The notes: generated by a model not told the origin, from the letters alone. A stretch of DNA of 64,000 nucleotides from an uncultured Gammaproteobacteria bacterium (GCA_964415025.1 CAYPXF010000001.1:78629-142628), one strand, 5' to 3'. Shown: positions 37,991 to 48,655, counted from the stretch's first letter. Numbers and translations: made by a program.

Positions 37991-39304
37991 ATGAATCGTA
38001 ATCCACTGACTAACAAACGTGCCAGAAAAAAAATCATACAAAACACAGTCAATGTGGTGGTGCTGTTTGTGTTTGTCATCGCTCTCCTTATCGTCATGTC
38101 GCACGCGGGATTTGCCGGCATGAAGGTGCTGTCCGTGCAGTCGGGGTCAATGTCCCCCACCATTCCCACCGGCAACCTCGTTTTTGTTACTCCCAGTGAT
38201 TCGTACGAGGTAAATGATATCATTACCTTCCGATCGTCGGGCGAGCGCGAACTCATCACGCACCGCATCGTATCTGCCGATCCGCAGTCAGCCGAACCGC
38301 AGTTCCAGACACAGGGTGATGCAAATGATGTGGCTGATTCATATACCGTACCCCAGCGCGGTATAGTCGGTAAAGTCAGACTGTCCCTGCCGCTGCTGGG
38401 ATATGTCATCAGTTTCGCCAAACAACCGCTAGGATTAACCCTGCTGATAATTATTCCCGGAACAATCATCATTTACGAAGAGTTGAAAAAAATCAGGCGC
38501 CAGTGGAATAAAATAAAACGTGCGAAAGGATCGGGGTATTCTGTCAGAACTGCTGCTGGTGAAGCATGGCAATCAAGCATACGTACAATTAAAAAGGCAC
38601 TGCGCAACGGCCGGGATAAATTTAATATGATTTTCTTCATACTATTTATCGGGACTCTGAGCTTAATTGCCGCACCTGCCGCTGCCATCACACAAACCGC
38701 AGGAGATTTACAGATAACATACCCGCATTCTCCCCTGTTCCAGGTATCCGATGCCGTACCGGACACCGCCATGACCCGTTCGATAAATGTTTTTAATACT
38801 GGAGACGAACCACATACAGTCGGACTCGTTATGGACAGTAATCCGTCCCTACCATTAAACCAGATACTACAAATCAATATCAGACATGATGCTGAATATA
38901 TTTACGGCTATGAGCTGGGTGGGCCTACTATTACCGATGCCATACACCAAGGAGAAATCCCCCTCTGGACACTAAACCCTCAGGAAACAGCTATTTTTCA
39001 TATATCCCTCTATCTGCCACACACTGCGAATAACCAGTTACAAGGCCAGGAAACGGTTTTTAACCTGGGTATTGGCTTTACCCAGACTGAAACAGCCCCA
39101 CTTAACCCTGTGGATAACCCATCAGATGGCCTGGTTTTAGGCGACCAAACGGAAAAACCCAAGCAAACCCCTACAAACGGTACAATACTGGGGATTGATA
39201 TAGAATTACCCCGCACTGGAGGAATATTATCCTTATCCACAGCCGCAGTCATTACCAGTATAAGTATATTATTTATCAGAAAAAACAATACTAAAAATTA
39301 CTAA
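37991..39304 (+). CDS. sipW: SipW-type signal peptidase fused to a TasA-like domain with LPxTG anchor
   Basis: VQSGSMSP, ITHRI, TQGDAN..D; second signal peptide; ANNQLQG; LPRTG+TM+RK. Confidence 0.8.
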   Translation: MNRNPLTNKRARKKIIQNTVNVVVLFVFVIALLIVMSHAGFAGMKVLSVQSGSMSPTIPTGNLVFVTPSDSYEVNDIITFRSSGERELITHRIVSADPQSAEPQFQTQGDANDVADSYTVPQRGIVGKVRLSLPLLGYVISFAKQPLGLTLLIIIPGTIIIYEELKKIRRQWNKIKRAKGSGYSVRTAAGEAWQSSIRTIKKALRNGRDKFNMIFFILFIGTLSLIAAPAAAITQTAGDLQITYPHSPLFQVSDAVPDTAMTRSINVFNTGDEPHTVGLVMDSNPSLPLNQILQINIRHDAEYIYGYELGGPTITDAIHQGEIPLWTLNPQETAIFHISLYLPHTANNQLQGQETVFNLGIGFTQTETAPLNPVDNPSDGLVLGDQTEKPKQTPTNGTILGIDIELPRTGGILSLSTAAVITSISILFIRKNNTKNY

Positions 39305-39321
39305 TTGCTCGTTTTAACCCC

Positions 39322-39860
39322 TTGACAAAAATACTATTTTTGCTAAGATAGGTAGAACACAAAACAAAAAGTAGATATTGACAAAAACAAGCCAAAAATA
39401 CCAAAATACTATCGCACCTTAGGAGAATAACGCACTTTTGTACAAATAACATTTGGAGGAATGTTAAAAGCCAACATTGAGTTATAAAAAGGAGGAAACT
39501 CAAGGAAAAATAAAAAAAATCAGCACAACCCAGTCGCAATTCTCAATTTTTTGAAGCTATAAAACAGCTGATTTATGCCTTATTTAAAATTTTGTAACTT
39601 AGTGTTGGCTTTTTTTGTTTGCTTAGCAAAATTTACAAGCCGAAAAATACTACCCAATAATACAAATTCGGCGATGAAAATTATACTAAGCAAACAATCC
39701 CGCTGCAGCCGAGCAATGCGAGGCGGATAGCGGGATAGCAAGCTTATTCACAACCCGAGCAAAAGCGAGGGGTCGTACAGAACCGAGCAAAAGCGAAAAA
39801 ATCGCGCTCAAATAACAAATATTTATATATATTTTAGAAAATAACTAATCAAACAAGTAT
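39322..39860 (+). ncRNA. long structured 5' leader or ncRNA
   Basis: TTGACA promoters; 24-bp long-range stem, further stems and three CCGAGC-loop-GCGA hairpins. Confidence 0.55.
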
Positions 39861-42800
39861 ATGAGTCTAAACAACCTTATTTCCGTGAAAACACGCCAGG
39901 CCCTGTCAAAAGGCCTGCATGTTGTCGCACTCACTGTCCTGGTCCTGAATATGTCCATGGTCGGTGTGTTTGCTGTACCGCAGGCTGCTGCAGCCAGCAC
40001 TCCCGGTGAAAGCGCTGGATTAACAGTCAGCTCTGGAGTTTGCCCAGAAGGTGACGTCAAATTAGAGGCTGACGCAGTAACGTATGAGGACACAGAAGGT
40101 AGTGCTACTATCAGCTATCATCAGGGTGATGAGCATAACTATGTTACTTGGGAAGCAACAACCGGCTATACTATCACCGGCGTCTGCCTCAAGTACGGCA
40201 CTACGCTCGACAATCCTGATCCAGCAGACGGTCAGGCCGGTCCATATGACCATGATATCAGCCACGTCGTGTTGCACACAGCTGAAGATGGACCAGTATT
40301 GCCTGATCCAGTGCGTAATGAACTTCCCCAGGCATGCGGTATGCCGATTGAAGTCATGATGGTGATTGACAGATCCGGCAGTATGGATGATGCCGGCGGC
40401 GGTGAGCCGCTCGCCTCGGTCAAGGCCGCGGCCAATGAATTCGTCAATCTGATGAATTTTGATCCGTCTGACCCTATTGCCACAGACCGCGCCGGCGTAA
40501 CTTCATATGATGGATATGCCACGCTGCGCCAAACATTGACCGATAACAGCACGGACGTTATCGATGCTATCAACGCTTTGCAGGCAGCAGGCAGTACTAA
40601 TATCGGAGAAGGCGTATTAACTGGCCAGAACGACCTCATGACTAACAAACGGATTGACCCCCTCGAAGCACAGCCAATCATGATAGTATTGTCAGATGGC
40701 GTAGCGAATCGATCAAGTAATGATACTTCTTGCGAATTATGGCCGAGCGAACATACTAACTGCACTATTGATGCTGTTGAACAGGCTAATGCTGCTAAAA
40801 CCGACGATACTGTAATTTTTACCATCGGCTATTTTACACAGGCTGTTGAAAACGCATATCCTGCATCAATCGCTTTAGCGCGCCAGACAATGAATTATAT
40901 GGCATCGCAGGAAGACTACTACTTCGAAACAGACTCAACCGCTAACCTCCAGGAAATTTATAATCAAATCCAGTTTGAGCTGTGCGATCCAAATCTTGAT
41001 TTCAGCAAATCAGTAGAAAACCTGACCCGCCCGGGCTATACGACAGAAGCCATGCCGGCACACGCTGGTGATGTGATAAAATATTCGCTGACGGCACAGA
41101 CGACTGATGTATGGCCGGCAGAGGATGTCGTAGTGGAAGATGATATTTCTGATATCCTGGAATACGCTACCGTAACAAATGCGTATGACGGTACTGTCAC
41201 CGGTGGCACAATCTCCTACCCGGCTGTTGATCTCGAGGGTAATGATTCAGTGACGAAATATTTCGAAGTTACTATCAACACTGCCGATACCTGGCCGACA
41301 GACGGTGATTTTGTCATGACAAACGTATACGGCAACAGCACCGAGGTATATATCGAGGAATTCGGCACGATCCACGGCTATAAATTCCATGACTATGACC
41401 GTGACGGCGAATGGGACGATAGCGAACCAGCTCTGAACGGTATCACTATCAAGCTCTACCAGGGCGATGCACTCATCGATGAAATGGTGACTGGCGACGG
41501 TGTAGCAGTTGGGTATTACCAATTTACCGACCTGCCAGCCGGTGATTACACAGTTATGGAAGTCAAGCCAAACGGCTATGTAAATACAACCCCCATTTCC
41601 GTGCCAGTAACAGTGTCAGCCAACAGCACCGAGCGTGTTGACTTTGGTAACGACGCTGCCGAATGTAAATTCGAACTGACGAAAGAAGCTACCGAATACG
41701 TTGATGTAAACGGTGCCATAACCTATACCCTGTTTTATGAAAACGGTAACTGCACCGGCGGCGGTGTTAAGGTAAAAGACTATATCCCCGACTATACGAC
41801 CTACGTGCCCGATTCCGCTAATCCGTCAGCTACGTTTGATGGGGAAAAAGTACTGTGGAATATCGGCACAGTCGAACCGGGTGAATTCGGCACGCTGACA
41901 TTTCAGGTAACTGCTGATGACCGCGACCAGTGCGGCGACTGGGAAATCCCCAATACCGCCTACTTCTGGGCAAATGAAATGCCGAACTGGGACGATAACT
42001 ATAGCAATACTGTCTATACCACCGTACACAAAAATTGTGAAGGCGACCTGACTGTTATTAAGAACGTCATCGGCGGTGAGATGGAAGGACACAACCCAGA
42101 TGATTGGACTATGGTAGCCAACGGCCCGGAATATAGAGAATTTGCAGGTAGTGCAACTGGCGTCACCCACACCTATGATGCTGGTTCATATGTGATCAAT
42201 GAAAAAGACGGTCCAGCTAACTACACGCTATCGTTTTCTGAAAACTGTGATGAATATGGAAATGTCACTATTGAACATAGTGATAACAAAACCTGCACCC
42301 TGACGAATGAGCGCGATACCGCTACCGTCAGAATAAATAAATTTGTCGAATATGCTGACGGCTCTACCAAGAAAAATCCGGATAACTGGTCATGGCAGTG
42401 GTCAAACCAGTATGCTGACGAGTCTGGTATTGCTGGCGGTATGCAACGAACCGTATTATCCAATGTCGAATACACCATTACCGAAGATACAACCCACTAC
42501 CCAGCTGATAACTACAATACGTCATGGGTGTGTTATCCTGCCGGTGGCGTAGGTATAGCTACTGATGCGAACAAGATGCAGCCGATGTTCCACACAGGCA
42601 CGTCATTTGACGTAACACTCGAAAAAGACCAGCATATTGTCTGCACCTTTACTAATATCCGCGAAACGACTGATATCACTTTTGATAAGGTTGTTGTTGG
42701 CAGCGACATGGCTGATGACAACTGGACGTTTGCTGTTGATGGTCAAGGTGATTACAAGGATGGTGATACTGTCACCCTCCCGACTAATGAAACATTTACC

Positions 42801-44144
42801 GTGACCGAGTCATCAGAGTATGACAATCTCTTCACCCTGACTAATGCGTCCGGTGCCTGCGAGCTCGATAACGGAGTAATCACACTGTATACAGACGGCC
42901 GCAGTGACACTTGCGTTGTCGAGAATACCCGTAATACCGGCGACCTGACCCTGGTAAAAGAAATCACCGCTTCAGAACTCAAACCAGGCGGCTTCATCAC
43001 GTACCAGCTGACCTATGCCAACAACGGCAATATTGATCTCACTGGGGTACAAATAACTGACGACTATCCGCAGCAATACGTGACGGTAACAAACAGCGGC
43101 ACCGGCGCTGACAACGGTGATACCATTGTCTGGAATATCGGCGATCTGCCGATTGATACCACAGGCACTGTTACCTATACCGTCAGTATCGATGAATCAA
43201 CACCGGCGGACACTGATATTATCAACATCGCCGTCATCACCTCTGACCAGACCGGTCCATATCAGGCCAGCGCTACTACAGAAATACCTGAAACGCCTGC
43301 CGGGCCCGTTCTGACCATCGATAAAACCGTCGGCGCTGACTTCGTCAATCCTGGCGATACAGCTACCTATACGGTTGTTATAGAAAATATTGGTGACACC
43401 ACCGCGACTAATGTCGAATTAACCGACCTCCTGCCTGTTGGCTTCACTTTTGTAGAATTCAGCACCGGCCTGTATACCTGGGAGCTCGGTGACCTGGCTC
43501 CAGAAGCGTCATTCACGCTGACATACGATGTCCTCATCGGTGAAGATGTTACTGTTGGTACGTATGAAAACTTTGCAGTTGCTTCTGCTGACAATCATCC
43601 TAACGTGCATGACCAGGCTTTGCTGGAAGTACGCGTCCCGACCGTCCTGGCCGAGGAAGCTGATCCAGTCCTGCAGATCGTCAAAACTGCTGATAAAGAA
43701 TTTATCAACAAAGGCGACAGCGTTACCTACACCGTAATTGTCACCAATGTCGGTGACGAGGATGCTGAGGCAGTCGCGCTCAACATCATGGTTCAGGACA
43801 TCATGCCGGCCGGCTTCACCTTTGAGGACGGTACGGTTACCAAAGTCTGGGCCCTGGGCGACCTGCGCGTCGGCGAATCACGGGAAATTTCCTACACCGG
43901 TATTTCCGATGACACGGTCCTGCCGGGTATGTACGAAAACCTGGCCGTAGCCTGGGCCGATAACCATGACAAGGTGGACGATTCAGTATCTGTCGAGGTA
44001 CGCGAACCCCAGGTGCTGGGCGAAGAACTGCCGACCACTGGCGGCTCCCTGCTCCACTACATCTACTTCATCGCTGCCGGACTGATTATCGCTTTCGCCG
44101 CCTTTGTTCTGAAACTCACCGCCTCTCCCCGCAGCCGGTCATAA
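39861..44144 (+). CDS. large surface adhesin: vWA, SdrD-B-like, DUF11 repeats, LPxTG anchor
   Basis: MIDAS DRSGS..GSTN..SDG; GYKFHDYDRDG; repeated 'K..PG..ITYT..D.LP'; LPTTG+TM+basic tail. Confidence 0.9.
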   Translation: MSLNNLISVKTRQALSKGLHVVALTVLVLNMSMVGVFAVPQAAAASTPGESAGLTVSSGVCPEGDVKLEADAVTYEDTEGSATISYHQGDEHNYVTWEATTGYTITGVCLKYGTTLDNPDPADGQAGPYDHDISHVVLHTAEDGPVLPDPVRNELPQACGMPIEVMMVIDRSGSMDDAGGGEPLASVKAAANEFVNLMNFDPSDPIATDRAGVTSYDGYATLRQTLTDNSTDVIDAINALQAAGSTNIGEGVLTGQNDLMTNKRIDPLEAQPIMIVLSDGVANRSSNDTSCELWPSEHTNCTIDAVEQANAAKTDDTVIFTIGYFTQAVENAYPASIALARQTMNYMASQEDYYFETDSTANLQEIYNQIQFELCDPNLDFSKSVENLTRPGYTTEAMPAHAGDVIKYSLTAQTTDVWPAEDVVVEDDISDILEYATVTNAYDGTVTGGTISYPAVDLEGNDSVTKYFEVTINTADTWPTDGDFVMTNVYGNSTEVYIEEFGTIHGYKFHDYDRDGEWDDSEPALNGITIKLYQGDALIDEMVTGDGVAVGYYQFTDLPAGDYTVMEVKPNGYVNTTPISVPVTVSANSTERVDFGNDAAECKFELTKEATEYVDVNGAITYTLFYENGNCTGGGVKVKDYIPDYTTYVPDSANPSATFDGEKVLWNIGTVEPGEFGTLTFQVTADDRDQCGDWEIPNTAYFWANEMPNWDDNYSNTVYTTVHKNCEGDLTVIKNVIGGEMEGHNPDDWTMVANGPEYREFAGSATGVTHTYDAGSYVINEKDGPANYTLSFSENCDEYGNVTIEHSDNKTCTLTNERDTATVRINKFVEYADGSTKKNPDNWSWQWSNQYADESGIAGGMQRTVLSNVEYTITEDTTHYPADNYNTSWVCYPAGGVGIATDANKMQPMFHTGTSFDVTLEKDQHIVCTFTNIRETTDITFDKVVVGSDMADDNWTFAVDGQGDYKDGDTVTLPTNETFTVTESSEYDNLFTLTNASGACELDNGVITLYTDGRSDTCVVENTRNTGDLTLVKEITASELKPGGFITYQLTYANNGNIDLTGVQITDDYPQQYVTVTNSGTGADNGDTIVWNIGDLPIDTTGTVTYTVSIDESTPADTDIINIAVITSDQTGPYQASATTEIPETPAGPVLTIDKTVGADFVNPGDTATYTVVIENIGDTTATNVELTDLLPVGFTFVEFSTGLYTWELGDLAPEASFTLTYDVLIGEDVTVGTYENFAVASADNHPNVHDQALLEVRVPTVLAEEADPVLQIVKTADKEFINKGDSVTYTVIVTNVGDEDAEAVALNIMVQDIMPAGFTFEDGTVTKVWALGDLRVGESREISYTGISDDTVLPGMYENLAVAWADNHDKVDDSVSVEVREPQVLGEELPTTGGSLLHYIYFIAAGLIIAFAAFVLKLTASPRSRS

Positions 44145-44166
44145 GACCGCATCGCGGTTACTATAA

Positions 44167-44207
44167 ACCAAAAAGACCCCGAGCATGTGCAAAGGGTCTT
44201 TTTGGTT
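44167..44207. terminator. bidirectional intrinsic terminator
   Basis: AACCAAAAAGACCC/GGGTCTTTTTGGTT. Confidence 0.8.
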
Positions 44208-44304
44208 GGCGAGAGACTCTTTTGTCGACGGGATCCTGAATCAGGTTCAGGATGACATGTTGTTATATTACCTTGTCATTCCGGGCTAGGCCCAATTATT
44301 ATAT

Positions 44305-44655
44305 TCACAAAAACTCCCGGCAAATCCTCTCGATAACACCTCGCATGTTTTCATACACGTCTTCATTCCTGAACCGCAAAAATCGTATGCCAAACTGTTC
44401 TATGTACTTCTGTCGCTGGTAATCATATTCTTCCCGGCCAATGTGCGACGGGCCGTCAACTTCTATAGCCAATTTCAGTTTAGGACAATAAAAATCAACT
44501 ATATAATTCCCCACGCTGTACTGCCGGCGGAATTTGTAGCCGTATAACCGCTTATTCCGCAGCTGCGCCCACAGTAGAGCCTCGGCCTGCGGGGACTCCT
44601 TCCGCAGTTTCTTACGTCGTTTTTTCATTGACTGCTTGTTGAATGCGAATGTCAT
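44305..44655 (-). CDS. DUF559 (Vsr-like) endonuclease
   Basis: AEALLWAQLR, KFRRQ, YIVDFYC, IEVDGPSH, FLRFRN. Confidence 0.92.
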   Translation of the reverse strand: MTFAFNKQSMKKRRKKLRKESPQAEALLWAQLRNKRLYGYKFRRQYSVGNYIVDFYCPKLKLAIEVDGPSHIGREEYDYQRQKYIEQFGIRFLRFRNEDVYENMRGVIERICREFL

Positions 44656-44666
44656 AGTTTGTTTGT

Positions 44667-44922
44667 GGAACTACCTCCCCGCTATCACCTCCCCTCCGGC
44701 AGCCCCTTAACTTCATTGAACCCGCCCAGGCTCTTCCCCTCCTTGGAAAGGAGGGGTAACCATCCTCGTTACTTTTAGTAACTGACGTGGGACGGGGAGG
44801 TAGTTCCAGAGCACCCAGTCCACTCTATTCACCGGCCTCGGCTAGGAGGGACGGTTGTCTTACTTCCCAAGGAGGGGTGAATATTCTCGTTACTTTTAGT
44901 ATGGTGGGTGGTGTGGGGAGGA
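44667..44922. repeat. nested C/G-rich inverted repeats upstream of DUF559
   Basis: GGAACTACCTCCCCG/CGGGGAGGTAGTTCC; CCCCTCCTT/AAGGAGGGG; duplicated CTCGTTACTTTTAGTA. Confidence 0.75.
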
Positions 44923-45171
44923 TGAAAAACAGAAGGGGAGGATTACATAAAACAAAACCTTCCTGACCAGGGAAGGCTCTGCTGTTATTATACCATATCC
45001 CCCCACAGACATTTATGCTTTGACAATAATGCCATCACGTGATATTGTATGTTAATAGCAACGTTGACAAAAAATACCTTATTTTACTATAATTTGAGAG
45101 TACTAATACAAAATAAAAACTACTAATAAACCACAAAAAATAAAGAAATTATTAGTATTATCAACAATTAA

Positions 45172-48100
45172 ATGAACAAATCTATGCACAAGCACACATT
45201 ACGCTTGAGCAAGCTAGCAACCCCCCTCCTGGTCGTGACGGTGGCGGTTTTTGGTTTTGCTCTCACCGCCCACGCGGATGATGCGGGTAGCGGCGCAATT
45301 TGGACTACTACCGGTAGCTGTGGTGATCCGCAAAATGTAAACCAATACCATACAGGAGAAACCGTGTTCATTAATGGTGCAGGCTTTTCTACTAACCATG
45401 AGTATGATTGGGTTATTAGAAAACCTGGGGTAAACGGTGATATTCTTATCAATGGACAACACACTACTGATGCAGATGGCAAATTTTGTTTTCCTGCAGT
45501 AAGCCTCGACGCCGGTGCAAATGGTGTGTACCAGGTTAAATTTGGTGAAGTCAAGGGAGATAATTTTAAGGTTGTCTCTATCCCCCGCTATACTTCTGGG
45601 GATACCTGCCCACGCGGCTATACACCAGAATTATTGGACTCATACGACATCAACAGTACAGACAAAAACGGAGTAAATTTTGGCGTTACTGCAGGTAATA
45701 CATATCTATTCCATGCCTCCGGCTGGTATAATGCTAGCAATAATATTATGGCAGATGCGGGATACTCTTGGAACCAAAGTGGCCCTTTACCCGACTATGG
45801 TATTAATGGAACGGGTAGCAACTATGGTGCACACGCCTTACTTGGAGACTTGGGTGATGGAGTTGGGGTTGTTATGTGGGGCGTATTCAATGCACAAAAC
45901 ATATATGACTTTTACTATCAACCCACTACGAACAATATACAATTCCTTATAGGTGATCGATACAGCGATTGGTTCAATACCCCTTGGGACAATCAAAAAG
46001 GAATGAAAGATGATAATTCAGGCTTATTAACTCTTGATGTTTACGAATGTCAGCCTGAACCAATGAAAATAGTTGCTCACAAGATTACCTGTGAAGACTA
46101 CGCTGATTTACCTGAATGGGGAGTCGGAGCAGCAGATATTGATAAAGATACTGCTCAAAATTGGGTTACTTCCCATAAGAGCTGTGATTTCGCTAAAGAC
46201 TGGAAATTTGAGTGGGGTGACCACAATGCTAAGAACCCCGGCGATACACATTACGGTACAGCAGCAGAGGCAGGAAAGAAAGGATGGCACACCTTCGGTC
46301 CTACCGACAGCAATGGCATGGCCACGACAACCATAGATGACATACAGAAGAATTTCTGGTTCCGTGAAGTTTTACAGCTTGGCTATATCCCCTTCACTTA
46401 TGGCCCTGAAGGGAACCGGAATACCAATTCACTTTCAGCACAGGTTTATTGTAAATCAGATGTACTAAACTACGATAACTACGATCGCATTGATGATCCT
46501 CACTACGGAGAAACAATATATTGTGTTGCATTCAATGCTGAAGTCCCGGATCCATCTGTCATCCAGGGTCGCAAATACGATGACGTGAATGGCAACGGCT
46601 ACCATGATTCAAATGACACCGAAACACGTATGGATGGCTGGACTACCCGCCTCTACGACGAAAACTGGAACAGTGTCGAAGATATGAACAGCAATAACAG
46701 TATGGTCACCGGCGACACCGGCAATCCCGGTCAGTTTGCATTCGACGTCATGCCTGGCACTTATAATGTTTGCGAGGTTATGCAGAATGAGTGGCAGCAG
46801 ACCGGTCCCCTAGTTGGTACTCATCCGGTGAATTTCGATCTCCAGGACCAGAATGATGCCACCGCGGTCGCTAACCAATCCGGCATGCATGATGAGGGTT
46901 CGACCTGCTGGCAAGTGGAAATTGATGCTCAAGGCGGCGAATCGTACGGCTGGCTGAAATTTGGTAACTACTATGCAGAATGTGGAAACAAAATAAAAGA
47001 TAGCGACGAAACGTGTGATGATGGCGCAATGAATGGCCAACCAGGATATTGTAACAATGAATGTACCGGAGTAACCGCGACAGATGAAAAGAAAATTCAG
47101 ATAAATAAAACCGTCGATCCGGCCATAGCAACTCACGGTGATACGATTACCTATACCATCACTGCTACTAACGCCGACGACACTGACACCTGTGATAATG
47201 CTACTTTAACCATTACTGATGATATAACTGATGTGCTCGCCGATGCCGTACTAGTAAGTACAGACCCGTCCGTTGTCCCGGATAACAATGTACTTACCTG
47301 GACGTTTGATAACGTATCTTGCGGTGACCCCAAAACAGCCACGGTAACTGTAGAAGTAACTAATGAGGCCTTTGACGGTGCTGTTGTTGAAAATATCGCC
47401 TGGGTCATGGATCAGAATGAAAATCAGGCCACTTCTAAACAGGTAGAAACAGCTATTTCAGTCGACAGTCCCGTGCTCGAGTTAACCAAAACAGCTGCCG
47501 AGGGCCCCTTTAACCCCGGTCAGACTGTCGAGTACACCGTGACAGTGACGAACAATGGCACGGCTGACGCGACAAACGTCGTGCTGACTGATGCATTACC
47601 GGACAATATGATGTTCCAGGACGGCACGACGACCAAAACCTGGACCTGGGATATAATAGCGGTAGGCACCAGCCAAGAGGCTGCCTATACCGCCATCATC
47701 GATGATGAAGCAACTGCCAATACATATACAAATAATGCAACTGTGACGGCAGATAGTCTCGATCCAGTCAGTGCCAGCGCTGATACAGAGGTGATTGTAC
47801 CGATCGTGCTTGGCGATGCCGCGCCGTTCTTCAACATCACAAAAACGGCTGACAAAGATTTCGCCGCACCAGGAGAAACTGTTGCCTATACAGTAGTTGT
47901 CACTAATGACAGCGATGTTGACGCACTCAACACTGTCATGACAGATACATTACCGATCGGCTTTGTATTCAAAGGCAGTACTGACACGGTCAAAAACTGG
48001 GACCTGGGCACCATGGCCGCTGGCCAGAGCCGCACTATTACCTATGACGTCACCATTGACCAGGCAGCTGGCGAAGATATGTATACCAACACGGTAACGG

Positions 48101-48300
48101 TGACAGCTAATGACGCTGGACTGGTATCAGACACGGCCACTGTCGAGGTACGCAAACCGGCCGTGCTCGGCGCTGAAACAGAGGAAACTGTATTACCGGT
48201 CACCGGCGGTTCCCTGCTCCACGTGCTCTATGTGCTGGGTGCCGGACTGATCGTCGTGTTTTCCGGATTTATCCTAAGGCTCACCTCGTCCCGAGGTTAA
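45172..48300 (+). CDS. large surface protein: SdrD-B-like, DUF11 repeats, LPxTG anchor
   Basis: Signal peptide; GRKYDDVNGNG; Cys-rich CGNKIKD..ETCDDG; three DUF11-like repeats; LPVTG+TM. Confidence 0.9.
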   Translation: MNKSMHKHTLRLSKLATPLLVVTVAVFGFALTAHADDAGSGAIWTTTGSCGDPQNVNQYHTGETVFINGAGFSTNHEYDWVIRKPGVNGDILINGQHTTDADGKFCFPAVSLDAGANGVYQVKFGEVKGDNFKVVSIPRYTSGDTCPRGYTPELLDSYDINSTDKNGVNFGVTAGNTYLFHASGWYNASNNIMADAGYSWNQSGPLPDYGINGTGSNYGAHALLGDLGDGVGVVMWGVFNAQNIYDFYYQPTTNNIQFLIGDRYSDWFNTPWDNQKGMKDDNSGLLTLDVYECQPEPMKIVAHKITCEDYADLPEWGVGAADIDKDTAQNWVTSHKSCDFAKDWKFEWGDHNAKNPGDTHYGTAAEAGKKGWHTFGPTDSNGMATTTIDDIQKNFWFREVLQLGYIPFTYGPEGNRNTNSLSAQVYCKSDVLNYDNYDRIDDPHYGETIYCVAFNAEVPDPSVIQGRKYDDVNGNGYHDSNDTETRMDGWTTRLYDENWNSVEDMNSNNSMVTGDTGNPGQFAFDVMPGTYNVCEVMQNEWQQTGPLVGTHPVNFDLQDQNDATAVANQSGMHDEGSTCWQVEIDAQGGESYGWLKFGNYYAECGNKIKDSDETCDDGAMNGQPGYCNNECTGVTATDEKKIQINKTVDPAIATHGDTITYTITATNADDTDTCDNATLTITDDITDVLADAVLVSTDPSVVPDNNVLTWTFDNVSCGDPKTATVTVEVTNEAFDGAVVENIAWVMDQNENQATSKQVETAISVDSPVLELTKTAAEGPFNPGQTVEYTVTVTNNGTADATNVVLTDALPDNMMFQDGTTTKTWTWDIIAVGTSQEAAYTAIIDDEATANTYTNNATVTADSLDPVSASADTEVIVPIVLGDAAPFFNITKTADKDFAAPGETVAYTVVVTNDSDVDALNTVMTDTLPIGFVFKGSTDTVKNWDLGTMAAGQSRTITYDVTIDQAAGEDMYTNTVTVTANDAGLVSDTATVEVRKPAVLGAETEETVLPVTGGSLLHVLYVLGAGLIVVFSGFILRLTSSRG

Positions 48301-48322
48301 TATACGCAGTACAAACTGCACC

Positions 48323-48352
48323 AAACCGTCCCGCTCCAGCGGGGCGGTTTTT
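48323..48352 (+). terminator. intrinsic terminator
   Basis: AAACCGTCCCGCT/AGCGGGGCGGTTT + T-run. Confidence 0.75.
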
Positions 48353-48412
48353 GGTTGATTTTCATCATTAAAAATGATATACTATAGTAAACTGTCATCA
48401 AGGGGGTGACAA

Positions 48413-48655
48413 ATGGCAACTGATCTGATTCTAATTGATCTTTCAAAATGTGAGATCAGTAAACACGCGCTAGAGCGCTTTATGCAGCGCACCGGTAAAA
48501 CCGATGAGGCCAGAGCCTTAATCGAGCTTCGGGCAATGCTCGGCCAATGTAATTATAAACATCCGTGCGGAAATTTTTGCTATACATTTTCATCGTTTGA
48601 TTGGAGTATTGTGGCAAATATTAGAGATAGTATTATCATCACTATTTACCACTAG
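48413..48655 (+). CDS. small protein with HALERF motif (RelE/DUF4258-like)
   Basis: ISKHALERFMQR..IIITIY; own promoter, SD and terminator. Confidence 0.6.
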   Translation: MATDLILIDLSKCEISKHALERFMQRTGKTDEARALIELRAMLGQCNYKHPCGNFCYTFSSFDWSIVANIRDSIIITIYH

